From: Pelagomonas calceolata
Lineage: Eukaryota
NCBI GenBank assembly: GCA_918797485.1
Contig: CAKKNE010000002.1
Location: 868,001 to 932,000 of the forward strand
Reading direction: 5' to 3'
DNA: 64,000 nucleotides
Positions 1 to 10,112 of the stretch are shown piece after piece; within the stretch, counting starts at the first letter, position 1; the number at the start of each line of letters is the position of its first letter. The position numbers and the translations under genes are program-made. Under the pieces are notes generated by a model that had not been told where the DNA came from, searched no databases, and saw only the letters and a program-made list of their open reading frames with translations.

Positions 1-2156
1 TGGCCTCGCTCCGCCTCGCCCTGCGCCTGAGCCGCGAGGCCAGCGAGGCGCCCGCGCCCGCGCCGCAAGTTCAAGAAGACGAGCCGCCGGCGCGCCCGAA
101 AAAGAAGAAGCCGTCGAAGCGCAAGCCGAAGCCCGCCGCCGCGCGCCCGAAAGCCCGAAGCCGCAAGCCGCCGGCGACGGCCGTCGGCGGCGGGACCCTC
201 GAAAGGCTGCCCTGGGAGCTTCTCGGCGCGGTGGCCAAGTACCTGACGGTAGAAGATGCGGCGCGGTGGCGCGGCTGCGGCCGGAGCAGCGCCGCCGGCG
301 TCGGCGCGCTCTGGGGCGAGGACCGGCCGGAGCTTTGTGCTGGCGAGCTGAGCGCGCAGATTTCGAGGCTCGCGTGCACGAGCGCCGAGGACGAAGAGGC
401 GCTCTGGGCGCACCCGCACAACACGCTCTGCCAGGTATGTGGAAACGGCGGCCGCGTCGTGGCCTGCGCCTACTGCAACCTCGTGTGGCACGCGCAGTGT
501 TTGGCCGAGGCGGCCGCCGCGGGCGACAAGTGGCGCTGCCCCGAGTGCGTCGCGGACCAGACGGCGCCGGTCATCGGCGCCACGTCCGCTTTTGTGAGGC
601 GTCGCGGCGACGGCCTCGAGTTGGTTGTGGGCGGCGGCTACCACTTCAGCAGCTTCACGCCTAACGGGAGCCGCTACGTCGCTTCGTTGAAAGAAAGCGC
701 GGCGGCCTGGCGGCGCACATCCCATGAAGAGGCGCCGCCGGCGGGCTTCTCGGCGTCGGACGCCCTCGCGGCCGACGACGGCACTATACGCTGCTTCGCG
801 CGTTATGGTGATGGCGAGAGGACCGAGGGCCCGGCCTGGGACGCGGTCGACGCCTGTGTGGAAATCAACCAGTGCGTCGGGTGCCCTCGGCCGTCCTGGC
901 TCGGTCGAGCGGTGAGGAACCGGCATCGCCACGCCATCGAGCAGGCGTCGCGTCGATGGAGGACGACGCGATGATTCAGCACGAACGCGCCGTAAAATTT
1001 GATTTCCACACAGGTCGACGCGCCGCCCCTCGTGGCGGCGGCCGGCGCGGCGACGGTCTACGACGCGCTCTGGACGTTGGATGAGGACGGCTGGCGCCGG
1101 CGGCCGCTCGCGGGCCCGCGGCCGACGCTCCGCGCGGACGCGTCGCTCGCTCAGATCCGGATCCGGGGCCGCGAAGTTTTGGTCGTCTTCGGCGGCTTCG
1201 CGCCCGACCTGCGGCGGCCCCTAGGCGGCCTCCACGCCCTCGACGTCGCCAGCGGCACCTGGTCGACCCTCGCACCGGACGACCTCGCGCCGAAGCCGCG
1301 CGCCAAGCCCGTCCGCGTCGCGGCGCCGGCGCCGGCGCCGCCCGCGCCGCCGGCCCAGAACACGCGCGGCCGCGCCGAGCCCGCGCGCGGCGCGCGGACG
1401 CCGACGGAAGCTATTTTTGGTGAGCCCGACAGCGACGCGGACTCCGAGGTCGAGTTCGACGCCGACGCCGCGCCCGAGCTGCCGCCGGCCGCGGACCAGG
1501 CGCGCCTCGCGGCGCTGGGCCTGCGCGGCGCGACGCGGCCGGCGGAGCGCTGGGAGCCCGAGGTCGCGCCGCGCCGGAAGCGCGGGCCCCGCCGGAAGCG
1601 GGCGCGCGCCGCGCCGACGGCGCCGTCGCCGCGCGCGGGCCACTCGTGCACGCGCGTGGGGCGGGAGCTCGTCCTGCTCTGCGGCCTCGGCCGCGTCGAG
1701 GGCCAGTCCGGCCTGCCGCGGAGCGACTACCTCGACGAGGCCTGGTTCCTGTCCTTCGACGGCGCGACGGGCGCCGCGCGGTGGCGCCTGCCGCGGGTCC
1801 AGGGCCGGCCGCCGGGCGGCCGCGCGGGCCACGCCGCGGCCGCCGTCGGGCCGCACGTCGTCGTCTTCGGCGGCGTCAACGCGAAGCAGTTCCTGGGCGA
1901 CCTGCACGTCCTCTACGCGCCCGCGCGGATCTGGTCCGCGCCGCGGCTGGCCGGCCCGGCCGTCGCGCCGCGCATGCGGCCCGCGCTAGTAGTCGCGCGC
2001 GCCGACGCCGACGACGCGACGACGCCGACGCTCTACGTCTTCGGCGGCACGCGCGCCTGGGGCGCCGCGGCGGCCGTGGCGACGGCGACGCAGCGCCACG
2101 ACGGCGACCTCTTCGCGGTCGTGCTCGCGCCAGCGCCTGTGGCCGAGATGTTCTAA
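1..2156 (+). CDS. 5'-truncated UIM-like/F-box/PHD-finger/Kelch-repeat protein; exons <1-845 and 1014-2156
   Basis: The frame is open from nt 3. It contains SLRLALRLS (UIM-like), [29 protein letters not shown] (F-box-like), [22 protein letters not shown] (PHD) and Kelch motifs ([34 protein letters not shown]). ORFs 231..974 and 999..2156 join in frame on removing intron 846-1013. Confidence 0.8.
854..1013. mobile_element. Introner element (MITE-like), 160 bp; forms intron 846-1013 (GT-AG)
   Basis: TIRs CTGTGTGGAAATCAA (854-868) and TTGATTTCCACACAG (999-1013); perfect 8-bp TSD GTCGACGC at 846-853 and 1014-1021. Confidence 0.95.
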
Positions 2157-2183
2157 TAAGGATTACGCGGGTGCCTACTGTGA

Positions 2184-3750
2184 TCAGTCCTTCAGAGGAG
2201 AAGAGACTCGTCGACGGGGCTTCCGGGCGGGCGGGATGATTTCATGCACTGGCACTGGCGTCGGCATCGGCGTCGGAGCCGGCGTCGGAGCCGGCGTCGG
2301 CATCGGCGTCGGAGCCGGCGTCGGAGCTGGCGTCGGAGCGGGCGTCGGAGCCGGCGTCGGAGCAGGCGTTGGAGCCGGCGTCGGCATCGGCGTCGGCTGC
2401 GGCCTGTGCGTAGATCAATCGGTAGGGCGCCCTACGGTGTATGGCGGCCGCGCCAGTGGAATCCTGTCAATCCCCGCCGAAGAGGTGTCCCTGGGGTCGC
2501 CTAGGGTCGGTACTATACACGTGCAATCGCCTACAGCGCATGCGCGGGCGCTTCCATCGGCAGATGCATATCAGTACAGGTCCTCAGCCAGCTGTCGGGC
2601 TTGAGGCCAAGTCCCCAAGGTTTTCGATCCAGAGCTCTCTGGAGAGCCCCAAGTACTACCGCATGCGGTGTACGCGACTACCCCACCCCAGACCTATCCC
2701 AGAGGGAGTCCAGGAGCCGATCTGCCCCCGAAAAAAGTGTGCAATTTGGGCCCGATGGCGCCCCGTTCCAGTAAAAAACGTCAATTACCCGAGGCCCCCC
2801 AGTAGTCGCCGTAGCGGTCTCGTTTGACCCTATAGTACCCCACCGATAGTCAACTACGAGCATATGACATCTACACGGCGAGAAGGGTACTTTGGGCAGT
2901 CCACGCTCGGGACGTGAACATCTTGATCTGGACCGCGCGCAAGTCGGTCGGTCATGAAACAAATGATCGCGTCATGGTCCATGGTGATGGTACACGGGCT
3001 GATGGTCGCAGGTCCGGGTTTAAAGCCCATCTAAGCAAGATAGTGGGGTCTCGAGACCGACAAGGCGCGAGTTGTAAATGGGACAGGTAATCCAATGTAG
3101 TAGCTGTTCAGGCCGGTTATCTGGCCCGTCCCTCAACTAAAGCGCCTGAAACGCAAATTTATTTTATAATCCACCGGTCTGGGGCCAATTCAGTGCCCCG
3201 CGTACGCACCGTCGTTCGCGGAGAACGGGCAAGTCGGTCGATTGTGAATAGAACAACGGCGTTATGGTCCATCTGGATGGTGGCGTCGCTGATACTCGCG
3301 GGTTTAGGATAGTGGCTCATCTTCACATAAACTTGGGGTCGTGGAGTCGCTGTTTCGCGCGGCTCTAACGGGTCATCTAAAATAGCTCAGTAGTCGCTGA
3401 TTTGGCCTAAATGGACTCTACGACTAACAAACGAAAGGAAACGAACATAAACTCGGGAGTTGTCTAGTAGAATTCTTTTCCCGCCCTCCGAGCGCGCGCC
3501 GTCGGCTCCGGTTCCGTTAATTGTGGATGAAAACTGGGCTGGAGTTGATATAATGTCCCATTTGGACGACAGATGGCGGCGTCAATCGCTGGTGTATTTT
3601 GGCAAGCCGTAAGACTCATCCGCAAATGTCGCGGGCGGTGCCTTCCGGGAGGCGCGAGGGTATGTTCCCGGGCCGCTACTCTGAAATCTTTGGTCGCGGC
3701 GAACGACTAGGATGTGTTCTGAATTTGGGTCAGTCTTTTGACGCCATCGA
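2184..3750 (-). pseudogene. Probable decayed gene for a surface protein with a PTPA stalk, in a lower-GC island with a 290-bp internal duplication
   Basis: No long ORF over 2400-3900. The aligned repeats 2930-3160 and 3220-3450 differ at synonymous positions on the minus strand but carry stops and a frame offset. A promoter-type motif lies at 3765-3791. Confidence 0.4.
2257..2396. repeat. 12-bp tandem repeat (GGCGTCGGAGCC)n encoding PTPA/PTPM mucin-like repeats on the minus strand
   Basis: About 11 units are directly visible; ORF 2184..2387 (-) reads [11 protein letters not shown]... Confidence 0.9.
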
Positions 3751-3764
3751 GGCGTCTCTTTGGA

Positions 3765-3791
3765 TTTGCTAGTGTGTCGATATACGCTAGC
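3765..3791 (-). promoter_or_regulatory. 27-bp CTAG-CTAG motif, diverged copy
   Basis: TTTGCTAGTGTGTCGATATACGCTAGC; both CTAG cores and their spacing match the other copies. Confidence 0.55.
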
Positions 3792-3922
3792 TCGGTTTGG
3801 CTTTTCTTTGTATAACGTGGGGGCCCGGAGCGGAATAATCTCGCACCTTGGTACATGGGACTACTTCGGGCGCTGTTGTGAGGCGTATCTGCGAATTGTG
3901 GCTGTGATGGATTCAACAACAC

Positions 3923-5752
3923 TCACTTAAAGAACTGACCGCCCGCCCCCTTTTTCGACTGGCGTGAGACGCGATTCGAAAAGGTGTTGGTGCGCATATG
4001 TGCGCGTACCTTCGAAACGCGGGCTGCGCGGCGCCGCGAGCCGCCACGCGTCTTCGCCTTGATGCGTATCATACGCTTGGCCTCGCCTTCTCGCGCGTCG
4101 CCGTACCAGGTCGGAGAGCTCGTTTGCGCTCGCCGCTGCGACGCCGTCGTCCCCGGTCTTAAGGGCGAGGGCGTCGGGGAGTACTGCGCCACGCGCGCGT
4201 CGGCGGTCTCGGCCCGCGGTGGCGCGGCGGACGTGCCCGGCCGCCCCCCCACGAGCGGCCGCCCGCCCGGCGGCGGCCCAAAGAGAAGTGGGCGGCCGTC
4301 TGGCGGCGCCTCGGGCATGTCCGCGACGTCGAAGGTCACCTCGGGCGTCGGCGCCAGCTCCCGCATCACGATCGGGTCGTCATCATCGTCGAAGCGGTCC
4401 AGCAGCGAATCCAAGGCCTCGTCGTGGGCGCCCGGGCGCCAGCCGTCGCCGCCCTCGGCCATGGCCTTCTCGGCCTTGGCGCGCTCGTACGCGTGGTCCT
4501 TGCCCTTGCGTTCTTTTGCGAACTCGGCAAAATCCGCCCACTCGCTCCGCGTCCCGAAGCGCGTCTCCCGGTCGTCGGGGCCGCGCGCGAGGGGCGAGTC
4601 CGCGAGCCCCGCGGCGCCGGCGCCGGCCTTACGCATGCCGAGCTCGAGCATGCGCAGCATCTTCGGCGCGGCCTCGCGCGACAGCGGCTGCAGGTCGACC
4701 TGTGTGGAAATCAACCAGTGAGTCAGGTTATCCTGGGAGTTATTGCGAGAGACCTCTGTCGCGTCGATGGCGTGGGGCGTCCGAAATTTGATTTCCACAC
4801 AGAAGTCGACGGCTTCCACGGCGTCGCTGGACCGCGCCGAGAACTGGCGCCTCAGCTTCAGCTCGCGCTGGTGCCGCGGCAGCGTGTTCCGGAAGAACTC
4901 GAGCGCCCGGATCGTGTTCGAGGCCGCGTAGGCGCCGTCGCCGCGGCGCGGCCCCTCCCGCAGGTAACGCCCGTAGAGCGGCCGGACGCCGACCTTCTCC
5001 AGGACGTCGTAAAAGTCCTTCCCACTGGCTTGCAGCTCGGGGTCGTAGAGGCGGCCCATCGCGGCCCGGACCGCGCGGCTGTCGTCCGTCACCACGCTGT
5101 CGCTCCCCGCGGAGCGCGGCGCCCGCACCTTCGAGTCCTCGACGGCGTCCGCCAGGCCAGCAACGACCGAGCCGTCGGTGAACAGCACGCGCACGGCGAG
5201 GTCCCGCCGCGCCGCGAGGGCCCGCCGGTCGCGCATCGCCACTTTGCCGACCTCCGCGGTCTTCTTCGTGTCGCGGAACTGCCGCAGCGCCTCCGCGGCG
5301 CCGACGGCGCGGTTCCCGTCGAAAGTGTTCCGGTTCCTGTCGTCGGCCCGCTTCTTGCGGATCTGGAGCTCCGTGAGGCCGCAGGCGTCGAGCGACGGGT
5401 AGGCCGTCGGCGCCGGGTCGGCGACGACGCCGGAGCAGACGGGGCAGAGCAGCTCGGCCGCCGCGATCACCTGGAAGCAGCGCCCGCACCGCAGCTCGCG
5501 GCCGAGGTTCGCCGCCTGCTCGCCGTTCACCAAAAAGCCGTAGTCGACGTCGAGGGGCGGCGGCGCGCGCTCCTTCTTCGGGCGCGGGCGCCGCTTCTTC
5601 TGGCCCGGGACCCTGTAGTGGTCGCGGACCCTTCGTAAAGTTTCCTGGCGCCGGGCCTCGATGGCCGGGTCGTGGGACTTGATGGACGAGCGGGGGCAGC
5701 GGCTCGTCTCCATGCGCTCCATGGCGGCGATCTCCGCGGGCGTGAGGGCCAT
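3923..5752 (-). CDS. Hypothetical protein with a CxxC..CxxC zinc ribbon, about 572 aa after removing intron 4700-4810
   Basis: Long ORF 3923..5794 with likely ATG at 5752; LRCGRCF...LLCPVC; the 111-nt introner is in frame. Confidence 0.7.
   Translation of the reverse strand: MALTPAEIAAMERMETSRCPRSSIKSHDPAIEARRQETLRRVRDHYRVPGQKKRRPRPKKERAPPPLDVDYGFLVNGEQAANLGRELRCGRCFQVIAAAELLCPVCSGVVADPAPTAYPSLDACGLTELQIRKKRADDRNRNTFDGNRAVGAAEALRQFRDTKKTAEVGKVAMRDRRALAARRDLAVRVLFTDGSVVAGLADAVEDSKVRAPRSAGSDSVVTDDSRAVRAAMGRLYDPELQASGKDFYDVLEKVGVRPLYGRYLREGPRRGDGAYAASNTIRALEFFRNTLPRHQRELKLRRQFSARSSDAVEAVDFCVEIKFRTPHAIDATEVSRNNSQDNLTHWLISTQVDLQPLSREAAPKMLRMLELGMRKAGAGAAGLADSPLARGPDDRETRFGTRSEWADFAEFAKERKGKDHAYERAKAEKAMAEGGDGWRPGAHDEALDSLLDRFDDDDDPIVMRELAPTPEVTFDVADMPEAPPDGRPLLFGPPPGGRPLVGGRPGTSAAPPRAETADARVAQYSPTPSPLRPGTTASQRRAQTSSPTWYGDAREGEAKRMIRIKAKTRGGSRRRAARVSKVRAHMRTNTFSNRVSRQSKKGAGGQFFK
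4700..4802. mobile_element. Introner element, 103 bp, internally diverged; forms minus-strand intron 4810->4700
   Basis: Both 15-bp TIRs are intact; TSD AGGTCGAC (4692-4699) / AAGTCGAC (4803-4810), 7/8 match. Confidence 0.92.
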
Positions 5753-6108
5753 GGTTGCTGCCCGGCGGCTCCGCCCTGCTGTGTGGGGCAGCACTGCCGA
5801 GGGGCAGCCGGGGAGAGGTGCCGCAGCGCCGTGGGATTATTGGGCGCTTGCTAGGAGAGGCATACTAGTAAATATACGCGTCCCAAACAAGATCTCAAAA
5901 AAGGGGGGGCGTGCGAGTCCCTGCGACTCAGCCCTTGCGTCCTAGTCCAGCCGGACGGGTGGGCCCGGGGGGAGCGGGAGGGGTACGGGGGACCCCGACG
6001 TAACTAGCCTGAGCCTGATACATTGTATCCTGGTAACATCCGTCGCGGCGGCGCCCGCCACTAACAAAAGGGAAGAACAAGCCCTTAGAAAAGCGCGCCA
6101 AGTGCAAC

Positions 6109-7092
6109 CTACCGCTCGACCTCCTGCCACCACGTGTGCTTCTTGTCGTCGACGCGCACGCCCCAGCCCTCGAGGAGCCGGTCGCGGATCGCGTCCGCTT
6201 CCCCGAACTGGCGCCGGAGCTTGTGGAGCGCGCGCTCGGCGACGAGCCCGGCGACGTGCTCGCGGTCGTGCGGGTCCATCGTGCCCTTGCAATTGGCCGC
6301 GCACGGCACGTAGTCGATCGTCGCGGCGTAGGTCCGCGTCTTGTCGTTGACGACGACGCCCAGGTCCAGGAGCTGCTCGAGGATGTCATCAGCCAACTGC
6401 CAGTGGCGCCGCCGCCGCGCGACGCTGCGCCGCCGCAACAGCGCCTGCACCGCCGCGTCGTCGACGGCGCCGCCGCCGTCTCTAGCGTCGCGCTCGTAGA
6501 CGTCCTCGACGCGCGCCCAGGGGTCCGCCGTGTCGGCGTCGACGCCGGCGCGCCAGACCTTGCGCCCGTCGTGGACGCGGACCCCGTGCACCGACGAGAG
6601 CTCGGCTCGGAGCGCGTCGGCCCTCGTAAAGTCCCGCGTCATCTTCGCGTGCATTCTTTGTAATAACAAAGCGTCGACGGCGGCCTCGTCGACCAAGGGC
6701 GTGTTGTCGCCGATCTCCCGCGCGTAGCCGTGGTCGCTCGGCAGCGGCGGCCTTTGGGGACGCGCCGCGCGCTGCTGCCGCCCGAGCCACCACGTGCGGT
6801 CGCGGTCGTGCACGCCGACGTTGTGCTCCACTTTTAATTCGTCGCGGATGGCGTCCGCAACCACAAAATCGCGCCGCTTTTTGGCCTCGTTCCGCTGGGT
6901 CAAGAGCAAATCAACGGTTGGGATGTCCACGAACCCGTCGTCCTCGCCGGGCCCGCGCGTGTAGCCGTGGCCCGCCGGGCGCTGGAGGTCGTCCTCCGAA
7001 AAGCTGCTCCCCAGGCGCCGCGGTAAATGGCTTCGCGGCGCCGGGGGGGTGAGCGCGAGGGCGCAGGTGCAGAGGAGCGCGAGTTTCGTCAT
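6109..7092 (-). CDS. Protein made of four CysRS anticodon-binding-domain-like repeats with an N-terminal targeting peptide
   Basis: Four repeats of R..A[KR]..[RK].[FW]..AD.[IL]R..L...GV.V.D....[WY], e.g. RNEAKKRRDFVVADAIRDELKVEHNVGVHDRDRTW; hydrophobic N-terminus; no HIGH/KMSKS catalytic domain. Confidence 0.75.
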   Translation of the reverse strand: MTKLALLCTCALALTPPAPRSHLPRRLGSSFSEDDLQRPAGHGYTRGPGEDDGFVDIPTVDLLLTQRNEAKKRRDFVVADAIRDELKVEHNVGVHDRDRTWWLGRQQRAARPQRPPLPSDHGYAREIGDNTPLVDEAAVDALLLQRMHAKMTRDFTRADALRAELSSVHGVRVHDGRKVWRAGVDADTADPWARVEDVYERDARDGGGAVDDAAVQALLRRRSVARRRRHWQLADDILEQLLDLGVVVNDKTRTYAATIDYVPCAANCKGTMDPHDREHVAGLVAERALHKLRRQFGEADAIRDRLLEGWGVRVDDKKHTWWQEVER

Positions 7093-7434
7093 TTTTCGTT
7101 CGTTGCGCGCGTCGACGGCGCGTATCAGTCACACGAGCAACGCGCAGCAACGCCTCCTTGCGTCGCCGCGCTCAGAGACACTGCCAGGCAGCGAGTTGCT
7201 CTCTCCAGTTGTCGGCGGTCACGCCGCGACCGCGAGGAGCTTTCGCCGCGACTGCTTGAATTAGCTGTCCGGCACAGCTGCCAGAGCACGTCTATGCCCG
7301 CTCGAGGTGCACTGCAGCCTTTTGAGCTTGATGCTTGCTCTTTGCTAAGGCTGGTGGTGCTGGTTTGACTGTCGACCTGTGCCGACCTGTGCACGCGTGC
7401 AGCAGTGGGAGAGGAGGCACTGAATCGAAAACTG

Positions 7435-7456
7435 CCTAGCGGCTGTAAGACACTAG
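7435..7456 (+). promoter_or_regulatory. 27-bp CTAG-CTAG motif (1-nt shorter spacer)
   Basis: CCTAGCGGCTGTAAGACACTAG, between divergent genes. Confidence 0.65.
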
Positions 7457-7658
7457 AGCTAGCAACGCAAGCAAGCAAAACCAAGTTGAGACGAGCGTTG
7501 AGGCCTCGGTCGCGCCATTTACGCAAGCGAACGCTGCTCCAAAGACGTCATATATCGTCTTCTTGCAGAAGCAGCGCCGACACAGCGTCGATTGCAGCAA
7601 AGGTCGACGCGCTGATCTTTTCGCCAGCAGCAGGATCCAGCTGCGCGGCGCCGTTGCA

Positions 7659-8168
7659 ATGGCCGCGGCGCTCCTCCGCCTCGCCTGGTGCGCATCCACG
7701 GCGACGGCCCTCTTCGTCCACCCCGGCGCGGGCAACACCGCGACCCTGAAACCGCCCGTCATCGACCCGTTCAACCCTTTCGGGACGCCGGCCGAGGACC
7801 CCATGCACGGTCATAGTGTGGCCGCGTCGCACCTGACGACGGACCACCTCGACGTCTTGGCGCGCCTGGCTTCCAAATTAAAACACATGAGGTTGGAGGA
7901 CATCGAGCAGGTGATCGTGATCGGCCTCTCGGACCACGACTTGGAATTGCAGGTCATGACCTGCGAGGACGAGGAGTGCGTTTCTGTGCTCGTGCCGGTG
8001 GAGTTCATCGCGCCGTGCTGCCAGGCCGACGAGGAGGGCTACGAGGAGTGCGTTCTCGATAATCTCATGAGGCTCGACGAGAACCTCGAGCCGGACCCGG
8101 ACGAGGAGTGCGCGCGGCCGTCGGCGCGGTACGTGCGGAACGACCTCCAGCGCTCGGGCGAGCTCTGA
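7659..8168 (+). CDS. DUF2470-like protein with signal/transit peptide
   Basis: MAAALLRLAWCASTATALF leader; SHLTTDHLDVLARLA..IGLSDHDLEL..VPVEFIAP resembles the HMNxDH..V.F..P pattern of DUF2470. Confidence 0.55.
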   Translation: MAAALLRLAWCASTATALFVHPGAGNTATLKPPVIDPFNPFGTPAEDPMHGHSVAASHLTTDHLDVLARLASKLKHMRLEDIEQVIVIGLSDHDLELQVMTCEDEECVSVLVPVEFIAPCCQADEEGYEECVLDNLMRLDENLEPDPDEECARPSARYVRNDLQRSGEL

Positions 8169-8363
8169 CCTTCGCTGTTTAGTACTTCCGCGCGCTGTAT
8201 CCTTCCGCGCGGTCGAACCCCTGTTTAGTAACCACAAAGTATAGCTTACACAAATTCCGGCGCCTCTCTCCCGCCGTCGTATAGGCGCGTCGATGGCGTG
8301 GAGGTCGTCGTCGACGGCGCGGAGGTCGTCGCGCACTCGCCACAGACGGCGCGGTCGTCGCGT

Positions 8364-9668
8364 TCACAGCGCGACGAAGACCGGCCCCGCATCACTCATA
8401 GACAGGCGCCGGCCCGGCGCCGGCCGCGCCAGGTCCAGCCCGCCCCGGCGCGCGTTCGTCGCGCATGTGGAGTGAGACAGGTTCGAATTAAACGAAGCGC
8501 AGTCGTCCGGCGTGTAGACGCGCCAGCCCCGCGGGAGTCTTTTGGATGCATCGTCGACCGCCGTCGCGGACCGGAATCCTGAAATATTAGCTGCTTTCAC
8601 CTCCGCGGCTGCGTACCCGGCTCGCACGGACGCCTCGAAGTCGTTGTAATGGTTGTGCAAACCAACATGGCTCCTCAAAACGCCGTCGGGGCCCGAGGGA
8701 CCTTTCAAGCCGCCGACCGTGACATCACCCTTGTACCGCTTGACGCTGTGCACTGCCACACTGTCCTCTTTACCTGCCGTAGTCCCGGTTATCTGCTTCT
8801 GGAGGACGACCGTCGGGAGCGACGCCATCCAGTTCAAGATACCTAACCCAACATCGTGCGTGACCCCGAAGGCCGTGCACTCCGCGGTTAATCCGCTTTG
8901 TCGTATCGCGGGCGCGAGATGTCGCAGCGCCGCCCGCGAAAAGGCCGCGGGCTGCATCCAGGGGAACATGAAGGTGCACTGCGAATTGGACAAACAGCCC
9001 TTCTCGCGGTAGACGGGCCACATGCCGGGGGCGAAGCCTCTCAAATTATTATGGCCGGAAATGGACATGGCTCGATCCGGATCGTACCTCGAGAGTAACG
9101 CAACTAACGCCGGGCCCCGGATATACATGTCGTCGTCCTGGAACAGGTACCACTTGATATGAGGTCGATAGTTGAGCACCCATCTCATCGATTCTTGGTT
9201 GCGACAGCACGGCCCTTTTGAACCATAGTAGTCGTTCGTGCAGTTCGCGAACCTCAAAATAGCGAAGGTCCCGCACACGGACCGCGTCCAGTCGCGGCCG
9301 CGCTCGACGACGTGGCAACTCAAAAAACCTTCAGGGGTCTCGTGACCTCTCTCTGCGGCATCCCGTTCCAGCTTGCCATTCCCACCAAACACGTAGGTCA
9401 ACTCCGGAAACTGGGCGCCCCACGTCGCCGCGCTCCCATATAATCGATCCACGAACCAGTCGTACGTACCAGCTCTATGGTGCGGCACGCGGAACGGCTG
9501 GTGGTGCGCCGTCGCCAGGACATGAATGGCGATGTCTGCTGCATCTAACCCGTTTACCGTCAAGGTCACTCGTTGGATGTGTACCGTGTGGTTCGTGCGG
9601 TTTCTCTGGCGCCAGCGCGGCTGTGCTTGGGTTTTTACTGCTACTAATGTTAGGAGAGCGGTGCGCAT
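8364..9668 (-). CDS. Fringe-like (GT31) glycosyltransferase
   Basis: KWYLFQDDDMYIRGPALVALLSRYDP (DDD motif), FSRAALRHL, HDVGLG; N-terminal signal peptide from ATG 9668. Confidence 0.8.
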   Translation of the reverse strand: MRTALLTLVAVKTQAQPRWRQRNRTNHTVHIQRVTLTVNGLDAADIAIHVLATAHHQPFRVPHHRAGTYDWFVDRLYGSAATWGAQFPELTYVFGGNGKLERDAAERGHETPEGFLSCHVVERGRDWTRSVCGTFAILRFANCTNDYYGSKGPCCRNQESMRWVLNYRPHIKWYLFQDDDMYIRGPALVALLSRYDPDRAMSISGHNNLRGFAPGMWPVYREKGCLSNSQCTFMFPWMQPAAFSRAALRHLAPAIRQSGLTAECTAFGVTHDVGLGILNWMASLPTVVLQKQITGTTAGKEDSVAVHSVKRYKGDVTVGGLKGPSGPDGVLRSHVGLHNHYNDFEASVRAGYAAAEVKAANISGFRSATAVDDASKRLPRGWRVYTPDDCASFNSNLSHSTCATNARRGGLDLARPAPGRRLSMSDAGPVFVAL

Positions 9669-9893
9669 GGCTGCCCCTGCCGCGGCGACGTGGCGTCGTG
9701 CGCAGCTGTACTGTTCGGCTGCCAATGCCAGCTGCCTCTTCGGCTGCCGATGCCAATGCTAATGCCAGCTCCAGCTCCAAAAAATAAATCATCTCCACAG
9801 GCCGGGCTCGAGAGGCCGCGCGCGGAGGGCGCGGGCGAACTGCTCCCTAGCCCCTCGAGGACGTATCCGGAGGCGTGGTGGCTGCGGGCTTTG

Positions 9894-9920
9894 CTTGCTA
9901 GTGTCTTACAGGCCGCTAGC
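9894..9920 (-). promoter_or_regulatory. 27-bp CTAG-CTAG motif
   Basis: CTTGCTAGTGTCTTACAGGCCGCTAGC, between divergent genes. Confidence 0.7.
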
Positions 9921-10112
9921 CTCGCATTTTTGAAAATCGCTCTGCCACATTGAACGGGCACATAGCAGTCGCTGTTATACGCTACAGCCAGCGCGCAGTG
10001 CGCCTGAACATCACTGGTCGCATTGCCAAAGAAAAGACGCCAAACGGAGCTGCGCGCGCGGCTCAAAGTAAGAGTTTCGCCTGGGCAACCAGTTGCACAG
10101 ACAAACACGAGG

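Noticed and set aside
2257..2396. Regular repeat resembling a CRISPR array
   Set aside because: It is a spacer-less 12-bp coding tandem repeat in eukaryotic DNA, with no cas genes.
2415..2680. In-frame TGA codons upstream of the PTPA repeat as possible selenocysteine or readthrough
   Set aside because: TAG and TAA stops and frame offsets also occur in the region, and no SECIS could be identified, so decay is the simpler explanation.
5847..5868. CTTGCTAG..CTAG partial match to the 27-bp motif (also CCTAGCAAC at 16471)
   Set aside because: The spacing and central TGTAAGACA are not conserved, so it was not counted as a copy.
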